From Octopus bimaculoides (Eukaryota), in assembly GCF_001194135.2 (NCBI RefSeq), contig NC_068998.1:17018314-17082313 (forward strand): a stretch of 64,000 nucleotides of DNA, given 5' to 3'. A model generated the notes under the pieces. That model saw nothing but the letters and a program-made list of their open reading frames with translations. It was not told the origin of the DNA and did no database searches. Shown piece after piece: positions 25,118 to 38,068 of this stretch. Position 1 is the stretch's first letter. Each line of letters opens with the position of its first letter. The position numbers and the translations under genes are program-made.

Positions 25118-26602
25118 AAGTACTGGGATCAATTCGTTCAACAAAGTTTCTTAAAGGGGGTACCCCAGCATGGCCGCAGTCTAATGACTGAAATAAGTAA
25201 TAAAAAAAAGGTCCCTGATCTGTGCAATCAATTAACCTACTAGAAATAGCAGCCAAATCCCACCCAACCATCTGAAACAATGGAAAAGGAAACGTGGTCC
25301 TAAATACACTATGTCTGAATAAGTGATGTGGTGGTCATGACTGGGATACTTTTGATCATCAGTGTGGTCAGTTGATGCTGACATGGGACTAAACAACAAG
25401 AGCAGACAGGATGGTGTTTGGAGGAGGATTTAGCTGTAAATTCTAGCATGTCGTCTGTGAAATTATTAGACTGTAGGAAGTGTGAGTGACTGTTGCTGTT
25501 ATTGTTGATGGTACTGCTCTCGTTATAATTGATGATGATGATGAGGAGGATAATAATGACGATGGTGACGATGGCAATGGTGGTGGTGGTGGTTGTGGTG
25601 GTGGTGAGATGGTGGTGGTGATGATGGTGGTGATAGTGATGGTGAGGTGTTGGTGGTGGTGATGGTGGTGGTGGTGATGATGATGATGATGATGATAGTG
25701 GCAAAGGTGGTGGTAATGCTGGTAGTGGTGGTGGTAGTGGTGGTGGTAGTGGTGGTCGTAGTGGTAGTGATGGTGNNNNNNNNNNNNNNNNNNATGATGA
25801 GGAGGATAATAATGACGATGGTGACGATGGCAATGGTGGTGGTGGTGGTTGTGGTGGTGGTGAGATGGTGGTGGTGATGATGGTGGTGATAGTGGTGGTG
25901 AGGTGTTGGTGGTGGTGATGGTGGTGGTGGTGATGATGATGATGATGATGATAGTGGCAAAGGTGGTGGTAATGCTGGTAGTGGTGGTGGTAGTGGTGGT
26001 GGTAGTGGTGGTCGTAGTGGTAGTGATGGTGGTGTTGAGGTGATGGTGTTGGTGGTGGAGATGACGACAATGATGATAATGATGATAATGATGATCAAGA
26101 TGATGAAGATGACGATGACGACGACGACGATGATGATGATGGCAGTGGTTGTGATGGTGATAATAGTGGGGGGTGATGACGGTGGTGATGATGATGATGA
26201 CAGCAATGATGAATGAACTTTGGCTGAAAGCATATTGCCAAAATATATAGTTTCTTTATATATTGGTAACAAAGTCACATATTTCTAGAGCAAGGCATAT
26301 AAGTCAGTTGAATTAACCTTAGTCTGTGTCTGGAACTTATTTTATTAACCCACCACCACCCAGAGGAATGAAATAAGAAATGTAATACTGTGGGATATGA
26401 AATCCCAGCAGAGGAATATAAAGAATTTAGTCTGGTGCTTTGCCATTATGTGTTTCCCTTACCATTTTCCATAGCCAACTATTTACAAAGTTCTCATATT
26501 GGAGCTAGACTACAGATTTGTAGAGGGGGTGGGGACCAGTGTATTTAATCAATTGCTAATACTTTGCTAATACTTATTTTATTCCTCTCAGTGGAATGAA
26601 CT

Positions 26603-27028
26603 ACTGAAGGGGTATCTGTGTGGTTGCTCAACATGGTAGAAATAACAGCCAAGTCTCCCTCTAGTTACCCTCCTGATTCTTACAGAAGGCTGTTTAACTA
26701 TATAAACCACTGAAGGGGTATCTGTGTGGTTGCTCAACATGATAGAAATAACAGCAAAGTCTCCCTCTACTTACATCCCTGACACTCTTAGAGAAGGATG
26801 TTTAGTGATAGGAATCACTGGAGTATCTGTGTGGTTGCTCAATATGGTAGAAATAACAGCCAAATCTCCCTCTAGTAGCATCCCTGACATTCTTAGAGAA
26901 GAATATTTAGTGATATGAACCACTGAAGGGGTATCTGTGTGGTTGCTCAACATGACAGAAATAACAGCCAAACCTTCCTCTTCTTATACCCCCCGACATT
27001 CTTAGAGAAGGTTGTTTAGCAATAAGAA
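26603..27028 (+). repeat. Four-copy ~106-bp tandem repeat derived from a dispersed repeat module
   Basis: Units start at 26603, 26709, 26817 and 26922 (actg(aagg)ggtatctgtgtggttgctcaa...agaaataacagc). Confidence 0.9.
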
Positions 27029-27145
27029 TATTTTGATTAGGTTGTCACCTGTGTAACGATGATATACTTCAGTTGAGTTAAGAGGTGAATGAACAAGAAT
27101 TCCTATATGAAGTTCTAAATACCAAAATATTTATTTATCATTTAA

Positions 27146-27362
27146 CCCTTAAGCATTCAGATTACTCTATCAAATGCAGTGATTATTGATTCAAATAGTT
27201 TTGAATTTATCATATATTATCTCATAGCTTCAAGATTTCAATGATGTTACTGTTTATTTTTAGAATGACATTTTAGAGTAGATGTATGAACTGGATCTGG
27301 TAGATTTAAGCATAAAATGGGGAATATTTGGACTGGATAGGGTCAGTTTAAATGCTAAAAGG
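27146..27362. mobile_element. piggyBac-type MITE with TTAA target duplication
   Basis: ttaa|cccttaagcatt...aatgctaaaagg|ttaa. Confidence 0.8.
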
Positions 27363-28514
27363 TTAATAAAAAGATGTGTCATTACAATAAACTACAGAAA
27401 AGAATGATATTTAAGCCAAGTGAAATAGTGCAGTAATTTTCAGGAGATGTTGTGCCACAACAATGACTATAGACATGAGAAGTGTAGATTCTGACATCAT
27501 GACTACATTTGTCATCATCATTATTATGGCATTCTTTAGTCATTGTTTAGTGCCATAAATTCCTGCAACCTATTTTGGCTATCTTGCAGTCACTGTTGGG
27601 CTAGCAGAAAAACAAACTATATGTAACTAATGTCATTCAAAGAAAAGTGCACCAAAGATGAAATTGTTAATGATAATTTAATATGTTGTCTGTCTGAAAA
27701 ATACTTGTTTACAACACCAAGATTTAATGAGTTAAACATCTACTGTGTCTGTTGATCTGAGTGGTCAGGTCTTTGCCGATGTCATTTTGAACCATGACAA
27801 CATACTGTTACTGTTATTGTTATTTTTACATGTAAGGTGGTGTGCTGGCAGAATCATTAGCATGCCAGACAAAATGCTTACAGGCATTTTGTCTGTCTTT
27901 ACATTTTGGGTTCAAATTCCTCTGAGGTGGACATTACTTTTCAAAACTTTTAGTGTCAATAAAAAAGTACTATTCAAGCACTGGGGTTGATGTAGTCGAC
28001 TGTTCCCTTCCGCCAAATTGTTATTTTCAGATGTGAATTTAGTGATTTAGGTTCAACTCTTAGGCAATGAATCAGTGTTTGAGACTACCAAATATTCCTG
28101 CTACAAATGCATTGGATAATGTGGTTTGAGGCTCTCTATATATAGGGGAAAAAAAAAGACTGCAGTGCCATGATCGGAACTGACCTGGGGTTAAATGCCA
28201 ACATTACCAGCACTATCACCGTTACCAACACTACTCTCTGCTTTAATAACCAAGTCCCCCCCCCTCCAACCTCTCCTGGCTCAATTGAAATTCTGTCCAC
28301 ACTCTGTACAGTGTCTTCAATCAATGAAATAATGGATCGTTTTGTCCCTTTTCCTAATACTGACTTACAGCCAGATAGACTGAGCCAGTGAGAGTTGTTG
28401 TTGTTGTCATTGTTGTCATCATTGATGTAGCTGATTTTGTCATCATTGTTATTAGCATTGTTGTTGTTGTTGTTGTTGTTGTATTCATTGTTGTTTTTGT
28501 TATCATTGTCAACA

Positions 28515-28553
<39 letters not shown>

Positions 28554-29734
28554 CAGCAGCAGCAGCAGCGGCAGTAGTAGTAGCAGTAGTAGTAGTAGTA
28601 GTAGTAGTAGCAGCAGCAGCAGCGGTAGCAGCAGCAGCAGTAGCAGTAGTAGTATTAGTAGTAGTAGTAGCAGCAGCAGCAGCAGTAGCAGTAGTAGTAG
28701 TAGTAGTAGTAGTTGTTGTCATCGTCATTGTCAATGTTGTTTTTGTTGTTATTGTCATTGTTGTTGCTGTTGTTCTTTTCATTGTTATTGTTGCTTTTTA
28801 GCCCCGACTGAGAAAAATGTATGATCCATGATTGATTCCAGTCATGACCACCCCTCTTGTCTTTGTTTCCACAACAATGCTTTCATGATTTATGTTAATC
28901 ACTTTGTCCTTCCTTTTTTGTAGAATGTCATTTGAGGGAAATTTGGTTGCTACTTTTAGCATGCTGAGCAACCAAATGCAGGCAGTCACTTTGGCTTGTA
29001 AATAGTTGTTTCATTGCTGTTGTTTTAGTTTATTTAACCCATGGTCAACCTTGATCAAACAGACTTATGATCAAAAGTGTTCCAGACTTTTCTCTTTAGG
29101 TTAAGCACATCTAGAGTAAATCATTGAGTCCAATGTGTCCATCATTTTTTTAAGATGGTAGAATGTTATATAAAACAAAGTTAGATGCTATTTCTAGCAG
29201 GACTAGAAACCATATGCAGTTCTCTCATTGGCTTATAAAGTTTATGTTGTTGGTATTGCTGTTGCTGTTATTGTTACATATTTAGACCTAGATTAACGTT
29301 GAATGAAGAGACCTGTGATCAAAAGTATCCCAGCCATGACAATCCAGTCTTTTTTTCTTTCTGAGAACAAGTATATCTAGAATGACATTATTACCCAATA
29401 TGCCTTTGTTTCTTTAAAATGAGAGGGTGTTATATGAAGGCTATTTGACTACTATTTCTAATGTCACTCTCAACATTGGAGTGTGTTCCTCACATATGAA
29501 ACCTAGATTCATGGCTCCAAAACAATTGGCTATCCTATTTACAATAATCTGTAGGTTGACTTCTGATATTTAAACCAGAACATGTAATTTTAAAATTTCA
29601 GAGGCATGTAATTGAAGTATGGTATGTGTGTTGTATGTAACCTCTTTCTATAATATAATATAATATAATATAATATAATATAATATGTACTATATATATA
29701 TTATATTACACTCACTATTTCATATAAATATATG

Positions 29735-29765
<31 letters not shown>

Positions 29766-29924
29766 ATTTATGTGTGTATATATATATGTGTGTGTGTATA
29801 TATATATATATATGTGTGTATGTGTGTGTGTGTGTATTCTTTTATTCTTTTATGTTTCAGCCCTAAGGTTGTGGCCATGCTGAGGCACTGCCAGTGTATT
29901 CACCTTTTAATTGGCCAATCCTAT

Positions 29925-30390
29925 GTGATTAGTTTTTGGTGAAGGAGGGAGTTTGACACTGCTGCCCTCTTTTGAGTTACCTGCCTTGATATTGGTTCAT
30001 CTGGGATCTTGGATACCAAGAGGTCAAGTTGTTTCTTGAAAACATCTATCCCCAATCCTTGGAGATCCCTCAGATGTTTTGACAGGTTGTTAAATAGCTG
30101 TAGGTTCTTGAATCCCAAGCTATTGCAGTACATGATTCTCACTTTAGATGGGACAGCTGGGACCTTTGGAACAGTGCAATGATGTCCAGTTCAAGGTCTG
30201 GCATAACTCTCAATTCCAAAGTTTGGTGCCAACCCCTCCAGTATCTTCCACACATATACCACTGCATACCTCTCCCGTCTTTACTCCAGGTAGTAGAGTC
30301 ACAGCTCTTTCATTCTCTCCCAGTAGCTCAGCTCTTCCATTGATGTAATCTTCCTTGTGTAACAGCGCTGAACTGCCTCAAGTTCTGCTA
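29925..30390 (-). mobile_element. CR1/L2-group LINE ORF2 C-terminal remnant
   Basis: AELEAVQRCYTRKITSMEELSYWERMKEL*LY.LE.RRERY...WKILEG, then NSLGFKNLQLFNNLSKHLRDL...FKKQLD.LVSKIPDEP...RAAVSNSL. Confidence 0.85.
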
Positions 30391-31144
30391 TTAATCCACT
30401 ATATATATNNNNNNNNNNNNNNNNNNNNNNNNNNNNNNNNNNNNNNNNNNNNNNNNNNNNNNNNNNNNNNNNNNNNNNNNNNNNNNNNNNNNNNNNNNNN
30501 NNNNNNNNNNNNNNNNNNNNNNNNNNNNNNNNNNNNNNNNNNNNNNNNNNNNNNNNNNNNNNNNNNNNNNNNNNNNNNNNNNNNNNNNNNNNNNNNNNNN
30601 NNNNNNNNNNNNNNNNNNNNNNNNNNNNNNNNNNNNNNNNNNNNNNNNNNNNNNNNNNNNNNNNNNNNNNNNNNNNNNNNNNNNNNNNNNNNNNNNNNNN
30701 NNNNNNNNNNNNNNNNNNNNNNNNNNNNNNNNNNNNNNNNNNNNNNNNNNNNNNNNNNNNNNNNNNNNNNNNNNNNNNNNNNNNNNNNNNNNNNNNNNNN
30801 NNNNNNNNNNNNNNNNNNNNNNNNNNNNNNNNNNNNNNNNNNNNNNNNNNNNNNNNNNNNNNNNNNNNNNNNNNNNNNNNNNNNNNNNNNNNNNNNNNNN
30901 NNNNNNNNNNNNNNNNNNNNNNNNNNNNNNNNNNNNNNNNNNNNNNNNNNNNNNNNNNNNNNNNNNNNNNNNNNNNNNNNNNNNNNNNNNNNNNNNNNNN
31001 NNNNNNNNNNNNNNNNNNNNNNNNNNNNNNNNNNNNNNNNNNNNNNNNNNNNNNNNNNNNNNNNNNNNNNNNNNNNNNNNNNNNNNNNNNNNNNNNNNNN
31101 NNNNNNNNNNNNNNNNNNNNNNNNNNNNNNNNNNNNNNNNNNNN

Positions 31145-31355
31145 ATCAACTTGCAGACATTGTATTGTGTCAATTTACTTGTTTATTTGTTTACTAAAAG
31201 GATAATAATAACAATATACAAACAGATGTGACATATTATGTCATATCAGTAATTATAAAAATAATATGTCACATGTGTTTGTATATTGTTATTATTGTCC
31301 TTTTAGTAAACAAATAAACAAGTAAATTGACATAATAGAATGTCTGCAAGTTGAT
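31145..31355. repeat. Near-perfect inverted repeat, 95-bp arms, 21-nt spacer
   Basis: 31145-31239 versus reverse complement of 31261-31355: 4 differences. Confidence 0.95.
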
Positions 31356-31556
31356 GAATACCACCTATTAATCCCCTCCATTTTCTTGTTGCTATATAAA
31401 TTAATGGTAAAATAACTTTTTACCCGCACTTTTTATTGCACTTGGTAATGTAATTGCCATGCAATGAAAAAACACTAGTGTAATAATAATTGAGTATTCT
31501 TCCAATGTATATATAATAATTGGGTATTCTTCCAATGTATATATGTATATGTATGC

Positions 31557-31591
<35 letters not shown>

Positions 31592-31599
31592 TATAATCC

Positions 31600-31830
31600 C
31601 AAAAAACAAAGGAAAATCACAACGTAAAGAAAAAACAACGCGAGGATGTGGTACATGCAAAGTATTAACAGACGCTCAGGGAAGGAAAAATCTCTTCAGG
31701 GAAGGAAAGAAAGGTAGTTTTACGTTTTGAGCAAAGCCCTTCTTCAGAAACAGGAGACAGAGGAAAGTCCAAGGAAAAGGAAGATGGAGGGAAAAAAATC
31801 ACCAATCATCTGCATGTAGTTACATTTAAA
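31600..31830 (-). mobile_element. Penelope-like (pseudo-LTR-type) repeat with decayed hammerhead motif
   Basis: Minus strand gttt-CTGAAGA-a-gggc(ttt)gctc-aaaac-GTA-aaac at 31717-31751. Confidence 0.6.
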
Positions 31831-31835
31831 GAAAG

Positions 31836-33035
31836 TGGAGAGTTTGAACACAGAAAAGATCAATTTATTTATATAATAGTCATTTTCATAAAGCCTATGC
31901 ACGTTTCAATTTCTTACCTTCATTCCTATTTTGTGATTAATATTGCATTATGCATTTAAAAAGTAAAAATTTCTTCAGGGTAAAAAAATGGCTGGAGAGT
32001 TGCTTACTGACTGAAATAGCAGCACGCATTTGTGTGTTTGTGTGTGTCACCATGTGTGTCTATTGGATTCCTTTCTAAAAATAGCTTGAGGTTAAACTAT
32101 GACCACAGTGGACAATAACAAGTTGTAGTTCTGAAGAACTAGGTCATACTACCATTCTCCTTATTGGAATTTAGATTAGTTTTATAAAGGCTGGTTGCCA
32201 CTCCTTTTTTTACTCACTTGTGAAAAGAATATATATATATTAGCAAGAATCCAAATCAATATGTTTATTCAGCTTCTACTTATTTAGTTGTGAAAATCTC
32301 TATTCCTATTACAATTTTTATTTATTTAGATGTATTAGTCTTATTTATTGATAGTTTAGGTTATATATATTTTTACCTAGATTCAGTTTTATATATTTAA
32401 TTGGGGTATGATTCACTATGTATCAGATGTATGGAGTTAGACTATTTTCAAATGGTGAAGGTACATTTTATTTTAGGGTTACTTCCTATGTTTATTTTAA
32501 TTCTTATCCTTCATGAGTGTTTATTTAAATATATGTGTATATATGTATATATTTCTTTTCGCTTATTCATATAACAAATTCTCTATCCCTCATTTATTTG
32601 ATATAATTGTTAAATTATTTATTTTGATACACAGCTGATAGTAAGGGTTTCAATATGAATTCCTCTATCTAATTAATATAGAATTATTAGTTCTATATAT
32701 TATTTATTCACATAATGCCTATTTAATTATATTTATTTGGAATTATTAGCTGTATATCCATTCCTATAAAGTTTATTCAATTTCATTTATTTGAATTTAT
32801 TAAATGTATATCTAATCCTATGTGGGAAACAAAACCCTTTTTCTCTTTTATTGTTGATTAATTTGTGCTTGGATGTAACGATCTGGAAAATTTCCTTGAA
32901 GCATAAGTCACACCTTTTATAATGCAATGTTATTTGCAAAATATGAATGAAGGTAAGAAATTGAAACATACGTAGGTAATATGAAAATGACTATTATATA
33001 AATACATTGATTTTTTTCTGTGTTCGAACTCTCCA
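31836..33035. mobile_element. Non-autonomous DNA-transposon-like element with ~116-bp terminal inverted repeats
   Basis: 31836-31951 (tggagagtttgaacacagaaaagatcaatttatttatataatagtcattttcat...) is a diverged reverse complement of 32919-33035. Confidence 0.75.
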
Positions 33036-34377
33036 TTTTAATTATTTTATATTATTAAAATTATGTTCTCCTATATCAAATGGGAGTTACAGGACCAGGT
33101 TTATTGTTGCAGCGGAGATTCATGGCTACTTCACATTTTACATGGGTGGAGGAGAATGGCTGGAATGGTGTTAAAGTAAGAAGTGCATATGGTGGTGATA
33201 AGGTGCCATAGTATGTCTTCAAGGTAACATGTTCAAGAAGAATCTAGGAGGGTGGGTAAAGTTGCAAGAGCATGGTGAGAAAGTGAGAGATGGATAGAAA
33301 CAGGGCTGGTGGTGATGGTGGTGGTGGTGGTGGTGTTTGTGGTAGTAGCGGTGGTGGTAGTAGTGGCTGTGATGGTGGTAGTCCTTGTCCTCGTCCTCCT
33401 CCTCCTCCCCCCTCACCGCCGCCACCACCATGTCATATTATATGGGTCAAGCCTTCAGCTGCTGGATAACTTCCACCCTTCTACTCATTTTTCAGAGTCC
33501 TTGATAAATAAATATTAAATGCATCATGATTGATGCCTTTCCCCTCTTCCAGTAAACAGTAAAAATAAATTCCAGGTTTGGCCGTGTGTTTAAGAAGCTT
33601 GTTTTCCAGTCATGTGGCCTTGGGTTCTCTCCCACTGTGTGACATCTAAGGCAAGTGTCTTCACTGTAGCCTCAGGCCAAACAAAGCTTTGAGAGTGGAT
33701 TTGGTAGCCAATAACCGAAAGAAGCCTGTCATACACACACACACACACACACAGACACACAGACACACACAGACACACAGACACACACACATATTATATC
33801 ATATATTATATCATATTATATTATATTATATCATATTAAAGTAGTGGAATCCAATCGATTGTGGTAGGACAATTGGTTAACCGCTGGCATATGCAGGTTT
33901 GTATAGAAAACAAGAAGGATATGATTATCGATCAATAAAGTTTATTAATCTATGAATCATATATGCTTTGTCCCACATCAATATATACATATATATTTAT
34001 ACATGCACACATACACACACACGCATATGTGTGTGTTTGTGTGTGTGTGTATGTGCATATGTGTGTATATATATATATATATATTTATGTATATGTACCT
34101 ATGCATGTATGAATGTATACATACACACATATATATACATATATATATACATATATATGTATGTATATATATGTATATNNNNNNNNNNNNNNNNNNNNNN
34201 NNNNNNNNNNNNNNNNNNNNNNNNNNNNNNNNNNNNNNNNNNNNNNNNNNNNNNNNNNNNNNNNNNNNNNNNNNNNNNTATTTTATGTGCCACCTGCACA
34301 AGAGCCAGTCCAGGGGCACTGGCAACGGCCATGCTCAAAATGGTGTCTTTTACGTGTATTTAATAAAAATTTTTATA

Positions 34378-34552
34378 GGTACAGGCATGGCTGTGTGGTA
34401 AGAAGCTTGCTTTCCAATCACATGGTTCCAGGTTCAGTTCCACTATGTGGCACTTTGGGCAAGTATCTTCTACTGTAGTCTTGGGCCAACCAAAGCCTTG
34501 TGAGTGGATTTGATAGATGGAAGTTGAAATAAGCCTGTCGTATATATGCATA

Positions 34553-34622
<70 letters not shown>

Positions 34623-34850
34623 TGTGTGTGTGTCTGTCTGTCTGTCTGTCTGTCTGTGTTCCTCCACCACACCATGCTGGTATGTTTACATCTCTGTTAC
34701 TTAACGGTTCAGCAAAAGAGACCAAAAAAATTAGTACTAGGCTTTAAAAAAAAATAAGTACTGGGTTTGATACATTTGGCTAAAAAATTCTTCAAGGTGG
34801 TGCCCCATCATGGCCACAGTCTAATGACTGAAACAAGTAAAAGATAAAAG
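34378..34850 (+). mobile_element. SINE family C copy with long internal (TG)n
   Basis: ggtacaggcatggctgtgtgg head through actgaaacaagtaaaagataaaag tail. Confidence 0.85.
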
Positions 34851-35741
34851 ATTTCGCAAACAAATGCTTTCTTTTTTATCAGTAATGTTTTAATGTTTTA
34901 TCTGTTTCAGTCACAGGACTGTGGCCATGTTGGAGCACTGCTAGGAAGGGGTAGGTTTTAGTTGAACAAATTGACCCTAGTGCCTATTTATTTTAAAGTC
35001 AGGTTCTTATTCTATTGGTCTCTTTTTGCTGAACGCAATGTTATTGGGGTGTAAATAAACCAACACCAGTTGTCAAGTGGTGGTGGTGGTGGGGAAAGGG
35101 AAGAGGGTTAAACACAGACACAAAGACACACACACACACACACACACACATATGCAAATATATAATNNNNNNNNNNNNNNNNNNNNNNNNNNNNNNNNNN
35201 NNNNNNNNNNNNNNNNNNNNNNNNNNNNNNNNNNNNNNNNNNNNNNNNNNNNNNNNNNNNNNNNNNNNNNNNNNNNNNNNNNNNNNNNNNNNNNNNNNNN
35301 NNNNNNNNNNNNNNNNNNNNNNNNNNNNNNNNNNNNNNNNNNNNNNNNNNNNNNNNNNNNNNNNNNNNNNNNNNNNNNNNNNNNNNNNNNNNNNNNNNNN
35401 NNNNNNNNNNNNNNNNNNNNNNNNNNNNNNNNNNNNNNNNNNNNNNNNNNNNNNNNNNNNNNNNNNNNNNNNNNNNNNNNNNNNNNNNNNNNNNNNNNNN
35501 NNNNNNNNNNNNNNNNNNNNNNNNNNNNNNNNNAATTTTGGCTCAAGACCCGCAACTTTGAGGAAGGGAGTAAGTCGATTACATCAACCCCGGTGCTCAA
35601 TTGGTCCTTATTTTATCAACCTCCAAAAAATGAATGGTGAAGTTAACCTTGGTGGAATTTGAACTCAGAATGTAAAGATGAACAAAACGCCACTAAGCAT
35701 TTTGCTGGGCATGCTAATGATTCTGCCAGCTTGCTGGCTTA

Positions 35742-36132
35742 CTCTCTCTTTTACTTGTTTCAGTCATTTGACTGTGGCCATGCTGGAGCACCGCCTTTAG
35801 TCAAGCAAATCGACCCCAGGAATTATTCTTTGTAAGTCTAGTACTTATTCTATCGGTCTCTTTTGCCGAACCGCTAGGTTACAGTGACGTAAACACACCA
35901 GCATCAGTTGTCAAGCGATATTGGGGGGACAAACACAGACACACACACATATATACATATGCATATGTACGACAGGCTTCTTTCAGTTTTCCTCTATCAA
36001 ATCCGCTCACAAGGCTTTGGTCAGCCCGAGGCTATAGTAGAAGACACTTGCCCAAGGTGCCACGCAGTGGGACTGAACCCGGAACCATGTGGTTGGTAAG
36101 CAAGCTACTTACCACACAGCCACTCCTGCGCC
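35742..36132 (-). mobile_element. Young SINE family C copy, flanked by antisense family B copies (~35535-35741 and ~36165-36350)
   Basis: Near-consensus reverse complement ending cactcctgcgcc. Confidence 0.9.
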
Positions 36133-36742
36133 TATACAGCACCTTATAATGTTATTATTGAAAACTGGTTTCAAATTTTGGCATGAGAACAACAATTTTG
36201 GGGGAGGGGCTAAGTTAATTAAATCGACCACAGTACTTAACTGGTACTTATTTTATTGACCTGAAAGAGATGAAAGTTAAAGTTGACTTTGATAGAATTT
36301 GAACTCAGAATGTAAAGATTGATGAAATGCCACTAAGCATTTTGCCATTGTAACAGATTAAAGTTATTGACAGGCAAAATATCGATGACCAGATACCAGT
36401 TATTCTCCTGTCTAAAGCTTTTATTGTTATCATACATGTATCAGCTTGATTGAAACAATGCATATAGGCAATTCTGATTTAAGCTGCTGTAATGTCCCTG
36501 TATTTGCAGTTGCAATTTATGCAGGAAGTCAACTTGAGCACTAATTGTATATACCTATTATCTCATGTCATCAGATATAATGTTACCTGAAATGAACGAA
36601 TGAATGGATGAATGAATGAATGAATGAATGAATGAATGAATCACTCAATGAATTAATGAGTTAATGTATGTGTGTACGTATGCATGCACAGATACATACA
36701 CACACACATACACATTCATACATACATACATGTAAACATACA

Positions 36743-36776
<34 letters not shown>

Positions 36777-38029
36777 CATACATGCATACATATATATACA
36801 TACATGCATACGTACATTCATGCATACATACATACATGCATACATACATACATATGTATATACATACATTTCAGATAAAATTGACAATGACAATGAGTAC
36901 CGCCATCATCATCATCATCATCATCATCATAATAATAATAATAATCATCATCATCATTGTTATCATTATTATCATTGTTTGCATCATCGTCACCACTGCT
37001 GCTACTACCAGCACAACCAGCATCGCACCCATCATTGCCATCATTTCCTCCTCTTCATCATCACTGTCGTCATCATGATCCATGTCATCATCATTGAAAT
37101 CATTGCCACCGTTGCCTCCACCACCACCACCACCACCACCACCACTGCCACCGCCNNNNNNNNNNNNNNNNNNNNNNNNNNNNNNNNNNNNNNNNNNNNN
37201 NNNNNNNNNNNNNNNNNNNNNNNNNNNNNNNNNNNNNNNNNNNNNNNNNNNNNNNNNNNNNNNNNNNNNNNNNNNNNNNNNNNNNNNNNNNNNNNNNNNN
37301 NNNNNNNNNNNNNNNNNNNNNNNNNNNNNNNNNNNNNNNNNNNNNNNNNNNNNNNNNNNNNNNNNNNNNNNNNNNNNNNNNNNNNNNNNNNNNNNNNNNN
37401 NNNNNNNNNNNNNNNNNNNNNNNNNNNNNNNNNNNNNNNNNNNNNNNNNNNNNNNNNNNNNNNNNNNNNNNNNNNNNNNNNNNNNNNNNNNNNNNNNNNN
37501 NNNNNNNNNNNNNNNNNNNNNNNNNNNNNNNNNNNNNNNNNNNNNNNNNNNNNNNNNNNNNNNNNNNNNNNNNNNNNNNNNNNNNNNNNNNNNNNNNNNN
37601 NNNNNNNNNNNNNNNNNNNNNNNNNNNNNNNNNNNNNNNNNNNNNNNNNNNNNNNNNNNNNNNNNNNNNNNNNNNNNNNNNNNNNNNNNNNNNNNNNNNN
37701 NNNNNNNNNNNNNNNNNNNNNNNNNNNNNNNNNNNNNNNNNNNNNNNNNNNNNNNNNNNNNNNNNNNNNNNNNNNNNNNNNNNNNNNNNNNNNNNNNNNN
37801 NNNNNNNNNNNNNNNNNNNNNNNNNNNNNNNNNNNNNNNNNNNNNNNNNNNNNNNNNNNNNNNNNNNNNNNNNNNNNNNNNNNNNNNNNNNNNNNNNNNN
37901 NNNNNNNNNNNNNNNNNNNNNNNTGTCCATGTTTTTTTGCAGCATCATGTACCCAGATATGTATCTATATGTACATGTAGATGAAGGTATGTACATACAT
38001 GTACATATATATGCATATACTCATATATT

Positions 38030-38068
<39 letters not shown>

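Noticed and set aside
25538-26031. 238-bp near-exact direct duplication (25538-25775 and 25794-26031) and the long His/Pro/Thr-rich ORFs over it
   Set aside because: The copies flank an 18-N gap and differ by one base; most likely overlapping contig ends or haplotypes. The ORFs are trinucleotide-repeat translations.
26603-27028. CRISPR-like appearance of the spaced repeats
   Set aside because: Eukaryotic context; whole units are homologous with no unique spacers and no cas genes
28136-28391. Overlapping 62- and 73-aa ORFs
   Set aside because: They include an old dispersed repeat end (tttaaccccaggtcag) and low-complexity sequence; no recognisable protein
32240-32900. Very AT-rich stretch considered as a possible NUMT
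   Set aside because: No sustained frame or recognisable mitochondrial gene; better explained as the interior of the TIR element
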